DNA from: a bacterium
Lineage (GTDB): Bacteria; Patescibacteriota; Minisyncoccia; Phycocordibacterales; UBA6899
Assembly (NCBI GenBank): GCA_043756865.1
Contig: JAYUQG010000024.1
Location: 27,259-91,258, forward strand
DNA length: 64,000 nucleotides
Reading direction: 5' to 3'
The notes below the pieces were generated by a model, which was not told the origin of the DNA, searched no databases, and worked only from the letters and a program-made list of their open reading frames with translations. Of the stretch, positions 9,572-17,780 are shown one piece after another. Position 1 is the first letter of the stretch. Every line of letters begins with the position of its first letter. The position numbers and the translations under genes are program-made.

Positions 9572-10076
9572 ACTGTTCCATAATCGAAAAATAACGTTTG
9601 ACCACTCTCTGGTGGATAGGAAATGCGAGCCTCGTACTCTTGGTGATGAACATCCGCTCTGATGCTTCGTGGTTGGGAATGAACGGTGCAAGGTCACCGA
9701 GTGTCATGTGGGGCGCGCTTCCAAAGATGAGGATTACTCCATCGGGGGTAGAAACTACGTCATGTGTGATAATCGATTTTGGATTAACGTCGATGTTGGT
9801 CTCCTCTTTTGTTTCGCGCGCCGCAGCTTCTTGCCATGTTTCACCAAGTATCACGAATCCCCCTGGGGGAGAAATGTGTCCCGAGCGGACAGTGTTCTGA
9901 CGCCGGATTCCGACAAGCTTTCCGTTTACCGGAATGAGGAGCACAGCGACAGGAGTCGGGTTCTTCCACGTCATCTTGGTGCAGCCCACACAGGGTTTCG
10001 GCCAAATTTCTCCATCCGGAAAGCGGGTGCCGCAGAACGAACAATGTGTAAACGGTTTCATGATATTTCCTTTCAA
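9564..10076 (-). CDS. NUDIX hydrolase with N-terminal zinc ribbon
   Basis: CSFCGTRF...CVGC N-terminal zinc ribbon. Nudix box GGFVILGETWQEAAARETKEETNI. An alternative start at 10061 (MKPF) has a GGAAA ribosome-binding site. Confidence 0.75.
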   Translation of the reverse strand: MKGNIMKPFTHCSFCGTRFPDGEIWPKPCVGCTKMTWKNPTPVAVLLIPVNGKLVGIRRQNTVRSGHISPPGGFVILGETWQEAAARETKEETNIDVNPKSIITHDVVSTPDGVILIFGSAPHMTLGDLAPFIPNHEASERMFITKSTRLAFPIHQRVVKRYFSIMEQYD

Positions 10077-10237
10077 TGAACGAGCCTGATCAAAGCGTAC
10101 AGTGTATATATTTTTACTGCGCGTGTATTACGCAAAAATGACAGTGCTCAGTGCACATCCGACTCCAGATGCTGCAACAGAGCCGTGGCAAATAATAAAT
10201 ATTTGTACTAAATTAATACAAATAGTACACTTATATT

Positions 10238-10972
10238 ATGCACAAAAGACCACAAGACATTTTAAGCCAAGCTGGACTCACTCACCATGAAGTAGAAATA
10301 TACACGGCAATGCTCGGGGTCGGACCAATGAGCATATCGGGCATCGTGCGGGTGTGCGGGCTGCATCGACCTGCGGTATATGCCGCACTTCCAACCCTGA
10401 CTGCAAAGGGACTCATTTCCACCGCTCTTACGGGAAAGCGTAAGCAATATGTTGCGGAGGAGCCAGAACGACTTGAAAAGTTATTCGAGGAACGCGAACG
10501 TCAATTCAAGGAAGCGCTTGTCGAGTTCGGTCGTACGTATCGTAAAAAACAAACAAAGCCGTCGATAAAGGTTGTGGAAGGGAGGGAGGGGCTGCGTTCA
10601 GTGTTGGAAGACCTTGCGCACACGATGAAACCGGGAGGGACGTTTTATCGGGCAAGTTCACGTGACCTCGGTACTGACGTTGAGCGGTTCGTGCCTCGAG
10701 AGTGGCGCGCACTTCGCGATCAAAAACAATTGGAGCAGCTGGTCATCACTAACTCCGCACTCAGGGCAAGTCCACACAAGAAGCGTATTGAGTGTTTTTC
10801 TAAAATGATTCCCCCTTCTGAAGATCCGTTTACCTATGACATTGCACAGCTCATTTATGGAGACAAGGTCGCATTCGTCGATTACAAAGAAGAAGTAGCA
10901 CTCATTGTGCATAATCCACGGTTTGCAAAATTCCAAGAGCGCTTGTTCCGCTCGCTGTTTAGGCGGCTATAA
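10238..10972 (+). CDS. TrmB family transcriptional regulator
   Basis: N-terminal LTHHEVEIYTAMLGVGPMSISGIVRVCGLHRPAVYAALPTLTAKGLI matches the TrmB-type winged HTH. It is followed by a C-terminal effector domain. Confidence 0.5.
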   Translation: MHKRPQDILSQAGLTHHEVEIYTAMLGVGPMSISGIVRVCGLHRPAVYAALPTLTAKGLISTALTGKRKQYVAEEPERLEKLFEERERQFKEALVEFGRTYRKKQTKPSIKVVEGREGLRSVLEDLAHTMKPGGTFYRASSRDLGTDVERFVPREWRALRDQKQLEQLVITNSALRASPHKKRIECFSKMIPPSEDPFTYDIAQLIYGDKVAFVDYKEEVALIVHNPRFAKFQERLFRSLFRRL

Positions 10973-11017
10973 AAAAACTGCAGGCTATCCCGCAGTTCAC
11001 CTATCCTTCGGAGTGCA

Positions 11018-11353
11018 CTACACATGAGTCGTCCAATGTGTCCACCCGTCCCGCTTTCGTGCTTCCTGCGTGAGAGTTTTGAGAAACCGGTCAAACTCGT
11101 TGAAGTCGTCAGGACTGACTTCAACAAAACAATGCATGACAAGAGGAATGTTGGGGGGATAAAGCCAAGCGGGATATTTAACCGCAAAAATTTTTCCTTG
11201 TGGGGAAGATTCATCCTTTCTCTTAAATGGGATACTGAGATCCCCGCCAATTTGTGGCGAAAACGGGTAATTCGGGAATGTGGCTCGGATGCATCGCGAA
11301 TCAAACGTATTATAGTTTGCTGAGCGAATCTCGAACATGACGGCATGGGACAT
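11018..11353 (-). CDS. hypothetical protein
   Basis: 111-aa ORF with protein-like composition. A terminator hairpin (CTGCGGG/CCTGCAG plus T7) lies just downstream at 10977-10995 on the minus strand. The competing frames 10882-11346 and 11024-11323 look like junk. Confidence 0.4.
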   Translation of the reverse strand: MSHAVMFEIRSANYNTFDSRCIRATFPNYPFSPQIGGDLSIPFKRKDESSPQGKIFAVKYPAWLYPPNIPLVMHCFVEVSPDDFNEFDRFLKTLTQEARKRDGWTHWTTHV

Positions 11354-11487
11354 GGGATTTTCTCCTATTCTACTCAGACTCTAGCGCGCTTTTCGTGTGA
11401 GTCAAGGAATAAAAAAGCAAGGCATGTTGCCCTGCTTGGTAGTGCGAGTGAGTGCATGCAATGCCCCGACAGCCCGCCGGGGGCAAT

Positions 11488-12354
11488 TTACTTCACGATT
11501 GCTTTCATCGACATGTCGAGCGGGTTTCCGAGTCCGCGAGTGACGAGTGAGGATTGTGAAATGTAATCCACTCCGGTTTCCGCAATCTCGACGAGATCGT
11601 ATCCGCCGATGCCTGATGCTTCGATGACGTATGGCTTTGATTCGAAACGAATCATGTGTACAGCACGACGAAGTTCGGTGGGAGACATGTTGTCAAGCAT
11701 GATGATGTCTGCCCGACCATCGCCAAAGACGCGCATCAGTGTATCTATTGAACCGACTTCGATTTCAATCATCTCCATTAGATGTGCTGTTTTTTTGCGC
11801 ATATCAATTGCGGGAACAACTCCGCCATAGACGGCGATGTCGTTGTCCTTGATTATGATGCCGTCGTACATGCCCGTGCGGTGATTTGTGCCACCGCCGA
11901 CACGCACTGCGTCCTTGTGCATTTCACGGAGTATTGCCGCGTCTTTGCGCGTATCAAGTAGTTTCACTCGGGTGTGTGCAATGCGCGCAACATCGTTAGC
12001 AACAACGGTGGCAATTCCTGAACAGCTCGTCAGGATGTTGAGTATCGTGCGTTCTGCCTTGAGGAGCACCTCGGCATTTCCAAGGAACTCAGCAACGATG
12101 TCACTCTTGGCCACGCGGGTGCCGTCGGGTGCAAATGCGCGGAGATGCACAGGATAGCACTGCCGGCTGACTGATTGCAGAAAGAATTCCGCTTGAATCA
12201 CGTCGAGTACCATCGGAATAAACTTCATTCCGGCGATGATGCCCGAGGCCTTTGCGGTAATGCGGAATATGGTATCCGGCGCCCCATCCATTTCGTGGAA
12301 TGCGAACGCTAAGTCATGGAGTAGTAACTCGCGAATTACTTCACGTGGTGTCAT
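11488..12354 (-). CDS. nadC: nicotinate-nucleotide pyrophosphorylase (quinolinate phosphoribosyltransferase)
   Basis: LLDTRKDAAILREMHKDAVRVGGGTNHRTGMYDGIIIKDNDIA matches the conserved NadC core (KxLDTRKT...RxGGGxNHR...KDNH). Confidence 0.85.
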   Translation of the reverse strand: MTPREVIRELLLHDLAFAFHEMDGAPDTIFRITAKASGIIAGMKFIPMVLDVIQAEFFLQSVSRQCYPVHLRAFAPDGTRVAKSDIVAEFLGNAEVLLKAERTILNILTSCSGIATVVANDVARIAHTRVKLLDTRKDAAILREMHKDAVRVGGGTNHRTGMYDGIIIKDNDIAVYGGVVPAIDMRKKTAHLMEMIEIEVGSIDTLMRVFGDGRADIIMLDNMSPTELRRAVHMIRFESKPYVIEASGIGGYDLVEIAETGVDYISQSSLVTRGLGNPLDMSMKAIVK

Positions 12355-12363
12355 GATGTCTCC

Positions 12364-13488
12364 TTATGTGATGGCGAGCATGCGCTCGATGGGGATATAT
12401 GCGCGCTTGGCGACCTTGGGGTCAACGGTAATCACATGCTGCTTGTCGCGGAGCGCAAGGTAGAGGTTTTCGAGCGTGTTTTGCTTCATGAATGCACACT
12501 CGGCATCTTTGTTCGCTGGGACAATCAGTTTGTCGGGGGCGGCGAGTTGCATCGGGCGAATATTGCCGATTTCGGTGGCCATGATGATTGTCTTTTGCTT
12601 GGCGCTTTTCACAAAATCAACCATGCCTTGCGTTGACCGCGCTTGCATCTGTTCTTTTGAGACACGCCCCTCTTTGACCTCAGTCATACACGCTGAAGTG
12701 CATCCGCATTCTGGGTGATAGACGACGGCAGCTTCAGGGTGCTCCTCGCGCGCAAGTGCGACATGCATGGGGCGGATCATGTCATGGACATGGCACGCAC
12801 CCATCATCAGCCACAGTCGGTCGAGTGATTCTCCGCGGTCTTGAAGCAGTGTCGCGGCATAGAAGCCGAGGTATACATCAGGCAAAAAGAGGATTGGTAC
12901 ATCAGGGTGCGTTGCGAGCACATGTTCAATCACCTTAGTTGCGTTACCCGATGCACAGCAATAGTCCGAGAGCACTTTCACGTCAAGATAGGTGTTCACG
13001 TATGAGATGACAATGCCGTCAGGAAATTTGCGTTTCCATGCACGAATTTTTTTCGGATTCGCATGTGCCGCGAGCGAGCAGAGCGCACTCATCGATGGGG
13101 CCAGTATTGTTTGGTTCTTTTTTTGAAAGACTTCCAAAAAGACTGCAAGAATCTGGTTCATGAAAAGCACCGATGCTTCGAGTACGATGGGAGCATCAGA
13201 GTCGCGGCCGGCCTTTGCCAGCGCAAGCGAATCGCCAACAACATCTGCCACCATCTGTACGTCGTCCGGCATGTAGTTGTGTGCAAGGATGAGGGCGCCG
13301 GTGTCTTTTTTCAATCGCGCAATTTCGTATTGAAGGTATGAGCGTCGGGCGGGGGAAATGTTTGTTGCGTATGCATCAGACGAGATCTCGGGGATGTCTA
13401 TTGGGGAGCTGAGGTCCATGTGTGGAATCGAGAGCATTGCGTCAGTTGCCGGAAGAATGTCACCGGGTTTTGGAATTGGAGCGCTCAT
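12364..13488 (-). CDS. nadA: quinolinate synthase
   Basis: ILAHNYM, GDSLALA, the YHPEC Cys cluster and the ATEIG motif. Length 374 aa. Confidence 0.8.
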   Translation of the reverse strand: MSAPIPKPGDILPATDAMLSIPHMDLSSPIDIPEISSDAYATNISPARRSYLQYEIARLKKDTGALILAHNYMPDDVQMVADVVGDSLALAKAGRDSDAPIVLEASVLFMNQILAVFLEVFQKKNQTILAPSMSALCSLAAHANPKKIRAWKRKFPDGIVISYVNTYLDVKVLSDYCCASGNATKVIEHVLATHPDVPILFLPDVYLGFYAATLLQDRGESLDRLWLMMGACHVHDMIRPMHVALAREEHPEAAVVYHPECGCTSACMTEVKEGRVSKEQMQARSTQGMVDFVKSAKQKTIIMATEIGNIRPMQLAAPDKLIVPANKDAECAFMKQNTLENLYLALRDKQHVITVDPKVAKRAYIPIERMLAIT

Positions 13489-13867
13489 GATTTCTCCTTT
13501 GGAGTGGTTGAGTCAAGGAACAGGGAAGTTGTAATGGCTACAACGCATCCTAGGTTCCATCGTACCGAGCGTCAAGAAAATATGCTCGTATTAGAGCGAT
13601 ATTTGTACTCAAAACGCTTATATACTCCATCGCTCATCGGTTAATCCCCTCTGTGTGTGGCGTGACGGGGAAAATTCGAAATGTAGTATTTGTAATAAAA
13701 AAGTACAATATTAGTTATACACAAAACCTGCGGTTAAGCCCCGATAGGCCTTCGGTACTATTTCGTTTTGCCAATTACATCAAAAGTTGACACATGCTGC
13801 CCTCGTTGATGTATAGTCATTCGAGAGATTTTCTACAGCTCATTTCATTCACACGAAAGGTGTCATC

Positions 13868-15238
13868 ATGGACAAGCCGATTACTGAAGTTGACCTTGCG
13901 GTCGTTGGTGCTGGAGGAGTTTCGGGAGCAGCATTCTTGTGGTCACTTGCCGCCGCAACCGATATCAAAAGCGTGGTTGCATTCGAGCAGTTCGCCACTC
14001 CGGGGGCTGTAAACTCGAATCCTTTGAATAACGCCCAGACCTCCCACGACGGGGGAACAGAAACGAACTACTCGCTTGAGAAGGCGAGGAAGGTGAAGAT
14101 TGCCGCACTCATGTTGCGCAGGTACGTACGCTCATGCGGCAACTCGATGCTCTACAAGAAGACGCATCGCATGGTGCTTGGTGTCGGCGCAGCCGAAGTT
14201 GCCGAACTCGAAGAGCGCCAGAGAGTATTTGCTGCAGATTATCCTGACTTGAAGCTGGTGTATGGAGGCGAACTCGCACATATCGAGCCGATGGTCATGA
14301 GAGGTCGTGATCCTGCGGAACCGGTTTGTGCACAAGTATCCGATGAGGGCTATATCGTCAACTATCAACTCCTCGCGCAGGAATTGCTCGAAGAGGCAAA
14401 ACGACTGAACCCACTCCTTGATGTGCATTTCAACACGTCGGCCACACACATATCGCAGCGTGCTGACGGTCGATATCACATTGAAACAAAGCAGGGTTCG
14501 TGGCTCGCAAAGGCATTGGTGTGCACGGCCGGTGCATACAGCCTCCACTTTGCGCAATCATTGGGGTATGGACGTGATTTCGCACTCCTGCCTATCGCCG
14601 GCAACTTCTATTCGGCACCGCGCGTGTTAAATGGCAAGGTGTATCGTGTACAGCAAGAGGGGCTACCGTTTGCCGCTCCGCACGGAGATCCGGACATTTT
14701 GAGTGACAGCGTTACTCGTTTTGGTCCAACGACGAAGCCGCTTCCCTTTATGGAACGCCATCGGTGGGGAAGTATTCCCGACTTCGCCTCGATTTGGGGA
14801 AGAGCATCATGGCGTGGAGTAGTCAGTCTTGTGAAAATACTTGCTGCAAAACGCATCCTCGGATACGCAGTCAAACAGTTTTTCTTCGACTTGCCGTGGA
14901 TTGGCACTGCGCTCTTCTTGCGTGAGGTCCGCACGATTATCCCGACGATGAAATATGGCGACCTTAAGCTCAGGCGAGGTGCGGGTGGCATTCGACCGCA
15001 GATAGTCGACCTACGTTCAGGCGAGCTCATTATGGGAAGCGTAACTATCCCCGGCTACAACTCACTCTTTGTGACCACTCCGTCGCCCGGCGCGTCAATC
15101 TGTATTGCGCAAGGCAAAGAGGTGGCCGAAGCGACTGTAGCCATGTTCGAGGGTCAGTACCGTTTCGACAACGATGCATTTGAAGCAGCGCTCGACGGGA
15201 AAGCAAGACCACTCCTCGCCATAGTTCATGTAAATTAA
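13868..15238 (+). CDS. FAD-dependent oxidoreductase, malate:quinone oxidoreductase (Mqo)-like
   Basis: N-terminal dinucleotide fold DLAVVGAGGVSGAAF. NNAQTSHDGGTETNYS resembles the Mqo NNAGTGH...ELNYT block. The C-terminal TTPSPGAS motif is also Mqo-like. Confidence 0.5.
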   Translation: MDKPITEVDLAVVGAGGVSGAAFLWSLAAATDIKSVVAFEQFATPGAVNSNPLNNAQTSHDGGTETNYSLEKARKVKIAALMLRRYVRSCGNSMLYKKTHRMVLGVGAAEVAELEERQRVFAADYPDLKLVYGGELAHIEPMVMRGRDPAEPVCAQVSDEGYIVNYQLLAQELLEEAKRLNPLLDVHFNTSATHISQRADGRYHIETKQGSWLAKALVCTAGAYSLHFAQSLGYGRDFALLPIAGNFYSAPRVLNGKVYRVQQEGLPFAAPHGDPDILSDSVTRFGPTTKPLPFMERHRWGSIPDFASIWGRASWRGVVSLVKILAAKRILGYAVKQFFFDLPWIGTALFLREVRTIIPTMKYGDLKLRRGAGGIRPQIVDLRSGELIMGSVTIPGYNSLFVTTPSPGASICIAQGKEVAEATVAMFEGQYRFDNDAFEAALDGKARPLLAIVHVN

Positions 15239-15243
15239 AAAAC

Positions 15244-15268
15244 AAACCGCGATTTTTCGCGGTTTTTT
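15244..15268 (+). terminator. rho-independent terminator after the Mqo-like gene
   Basis: AAACCGCGA-tttt-TCGCGGTTT followed by TTTTT. A second, minus-strand terminator AACCAC-ctgt-GTGGTT lies at 15281-15306 and serves the cassette gene that ends at 15343. Confidence 0.6.
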
Positions 15269-15342
15269 ATAATTCTCAATATAAAAACAACCACCTGTGT
15301 GGTTGTTGGTTTTCCCGTCGCTAAAGAGGGGATAAAAGAAAC

Positions 15343-15564
15343 TCAGGAGCCGCGTGGGCGTTCGGTGACACGCACCTTGGCTCCCTCGGAGAGGACGGTG
15401 TCGGCGGTTGCCGGCTGTCCGTCGACGGTAACGTTCAGGCTCTTCAGGTCGAGCTTCAGGTGTGCTGCAGCCGCGCCGAGGGTGGTTGTGGGGGGCACTT
15501 CGACGTTTTTGCCGCGCTCTTTCTTGTCACTATTCAGTGGAACTTTTGTCAGGTGAATTTGCAT
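15343..15564 (-). CDS. ubiquitin-like beta-grasp protein (ThiS/MoaD-like), C-terminus RPRGS
   Basis: About 73 aa starting MQIHL, with the ThiS/MoaD pattern ...LNVTVDGQPATADTVLSEGAKVRVTERPRGS. It ends Arg-Gly-Ser rather than Gly-Gly. A GGAG ribosome-binding site precedes it. Its ATG lies 1 nt after the upstream gene's TGA. Confidence 0.6.
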   Translation of the reverse strand: MQIHLTKVPLNSDKKERGKNVEVPPTTTLGAAAAHLKLDLKSLNVTVDGQPATADTVLSEGAKVRVTERPRGS

Positions 15565-15565
15565 T

Positions 15566-16225
15566 TCAATCTCCAGTGGTTGGGTAGATGGTGATTTCTC
15601 CGCCGCACAGCCTTTCAACGTGCCAGTCTTTTCTACCACGCTTCCAAAAACTTCTCAATATGTATGCAGCTTCTGCAGCTACAACAGTCGAGACGTCGAT
15701 GATGCTATGGAGTCCGCACATTTGGGGGGCAGCTTCCGGGGTCGAGTAACTTAGGTAGTGTTCGTAATACGCGATCTCCTTTGTGTTGCAGGGTGAGATG
15801 GAAAAGACTTGCCAGAATTCCTCGGCGACACGCGTATCGATAAGTACATCGATGAGCGGATTTTTTTTCACCTTCTGCCAGATGAGCTGGCGTGCCTCCA
15901 TGGTATCGACGCAGGCAATAACTGTACGCTTCAAGGGTTCACCTTCGTAGCGTCTGCGCTGCACATTGAGTGAAATGCCCGTGTCGCGTAGGATGATTGC
16001 AGCGAGTGCGTCTACTTTGTAGAGCCCGAAGTCTCCTTCTCCGTAGAGTGACGGTGCGATGTTGTGTGACTCGACACTGTCGTGGTCGTAGACCGTGATA
16101 TCCGTAACACCCATACGTACGAGCATCGAAACGACATGACTTCCGACGGAACCCGCGCCGATGACGGTGACGGGCTTGATATCTTCATCAGGAAGGTAGT
16201 ACTTCTGCTGAGAGAGATTTAACAT
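15566..16225 (-). CDS. E1-like adenylyltransferase, ThiF/MoeB/HesA family (minimal, about 220 aa)
   Basis: VTVIGAGSVGSHVVSMLVRMGVTDITVYDHDSVESHNI is the E1 GxGxxG nucleotide-binding fold plus the D..D...SNL motif. Start taken at 16225 (MLNLSQQ), whose ATG overlaps the upstream stop (GTATGTTAA). Confidence 0.7.
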   Translation of the reverse strand: MLNLSQQKYYLPDEDIKPVTVIGAGSVGSHVVSMLVRMGVTDITVYDHDSVESHNIAPSLYGEGDFGLYKVDALAAIILRDTGISLNVQRRRYEGEPLKRTVIACVDTMEARQLIWQKVKKNPLIDVLIDTRVAEEFWQVFSISPCNTKEIAYYEHYLSYSTPEAAPQMCGLHSIIDVSTVVAAEAAYILRSFWKRGRKDWHVERLCGGEITIYPTTGD

Positions 16226-17670
16226 ACGACTGCCTCCGCGGTTTGTTCCATTTGGACTGTTGGCCATTCTTCGATTTTGTTGTAGAGGATGAGCTCGGGC
16301 GTGTAGCCCTCGGTCAGCCACCGCAAGATGTACTCGATGGCATCTGCATATCGATACTCCGCAACTGCTTCAGTGATGGGGTCGCCAACGTTTCCAAAGC
16401 AGTGTCCTGCCCACGGACTGATGTGTGGATGGGGAACTCCTTTTGGGTGGAATGCCTCTTCGCACCAGATGGTGATATGTGGGTCAATGCCCAAGCAAAT
16501 ACCAAACGTACCAATCTTGTACGTCACTCCACCATCGAGGATGGTGATGAGTTTTGTTTTCACCTCAAACCCGTAGTTGGGAATAATGATGGCACGAGCA
16601 ACGAGCGGGTGTAGCAAAATTGCTTCTGTATCTGCAACCAGATTATCCATCAGTGTTTGCTGATAGTGGACGTCTCCAAATAGGACTTTGTGCGTTTTGT
16701 GTTGCACCACAAGGTTGCGACGTTGTGCCAACAAATCTTCCTGTAGCTTAGCGATCGTTGTGACCGTCTTGGCAATCCGTGCTTCATGTGCGGTTACTTG
16801 AAGTTTTAGGAAGGCCGCACACTCGGTTTGCAGTGTTTGGCTCGAAAACGGTATCTCTATAGCGACTGCCTCATTGCCGTCGAGCCAAAATTGTAGCCCA
16901 AGGACAACAGCTTTGCTGAAGAGTTTGAGCAAGGTCGCGTCGCCGAGCTCCCACATGAGATACGGATTGTGCAGTATGTAGATGTTGTTTCCGATTACCT
17001 GCACAACGTCGTGGTCTCCGTCGGTGAGTGCGACGCCACGTCTTGGGGCACTTTTTAGCTGCGGCCAAACGAGACCTTTCGCTTCGACACTTAGCCCGAA
17101 GAGCGTATCCGGATGCGTCATCTGCGGGATGCCTGAAGGCAACGTATAGATAAACACATGGAGTTCGTCATCTTTGCACCGAATCGGTTCGTAAAAACCG
17201 GAGGGTGAAGGGTCGTGGAGAGTGAATCCGATACCGCCGACTACTTCCGCCATGATGCGAAGGTATTCGACAAAGATTGGCTGGAGCATGTGTTGCGAAC
17301 GGTCGAGCTTTTCGTCCGAGCGTGTTCCCGGTACAGGTGGCGCCATCACTGAAGTTCCCGGCTTGATGCAGATGAAGTCGAAGACGGTACCGCCAACACG
17401 ACACTCCAGTCCCTCACCGGGAGTAACAAGTTCTTCCACAACGTGTTTGATATACGGATGCGAGAAGAGCACTACTGGCAATGTCAGCTCTTCAGTGCCG
17501 ATCTGCACTGTCGCAGTAAAAATTTCGGTGCTTTGTACTGCGTCGAGCATTGTCAGTTCTGCTCGATGTACCGCGTGAGCAGCAAAAATCGGTCCTTCAA
17601 AGAGTGCAGTCGCCTGAGCAAGTTCATGGGCAGTGACATGCTTCTTTTGTGGTGTGAGATCAGGGGACAT
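16219..17670 (-). CDS. uncharacterised 483-aa protein co-operonic with E1-like and Ubl genes
   Basis: Long ORF with good composition. C-terminal region contains GTFGICLGI (E2-like GxICL context) and PHPHISP, and the protein ends ...AVVC. No confident domain assignment. Confidence 0.5.
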   Translation of the reverse strand: MSPDLTPQKKHVTAHELAQATALFEGPIFAAHAVHRAELTMLDAVQSTEIFTATVQIGTEELTLPVVLFSHPYIKHVVEELVTPGEGLECRVGGTVFDFICIKPGTSVMAPPVPGTRSDEKLDRSQHMLQPIFVEYLRIMAEVVGGIGFTLHDPSPSGFYEPIRCKDDELHVFIYTLPSGIPQMTHPDTLFGLSVEAKGLVWPQLKSAPRRGVALTDGDHDVVQVIGNNIYILHNPYLMWELGDATLLKLFSKAVVLGLQFWLDGNEAVAIEIPFSSQTLQTECAAFLKLQVTAHEARIAKTVTTIAKLQEDLLAQRRNLVVQHKTHKVLFGDVHYQQTLMDNLVADTEAILLHPLVARAIIIPNYGFEVKTKLITILDGGVTYKIGTFGICLGIDPHITIWCEEAFHPKGVPHPHISPWAGHCFGNVGDPITEAVAEYRYADAIEYILRWLTEGYTPELILYNKIEEWPTVQMEQTAEAVVC

Positions 17671-17780
17671 TTGTTTCCTTTCCTATCAATGATCAATGTC
17701 TGAGACTAGTTCAACAAGAAAATTGAGAAAAAGTCAATTTGCACCGCAGAACAGCTGTTGCGCGTGTTATAATTTTATTT

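Noticed and set aside
8692-9662. Several 60-120 aa plus-strand ORFs inside the Gfo/Idh/MocA gene
   Set aside because: Antisense shadows of a confidently identified CDS. They have no ribosome-binding site and a biased Arg/Cys/Ser composition.
10882-11346. 154-aa minus-strand ORF and 99-aa plus-strand ORF competing with 11018-11353
   Set aside because: Both translations look non-protein-like. The chosen frame has the better composition and a terminator directly downstream.
16219-17670. Possible JAMM/MPN metalloprotease motif HPHISPWAGHC in the cassette partner protein
   Set aside because: The spacing does not fit HxHx7Sx2D. The eighth position after the second His is Cys rather than Ser, and there is no Asp at +3. 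No upstream conserved Glu context was checked.
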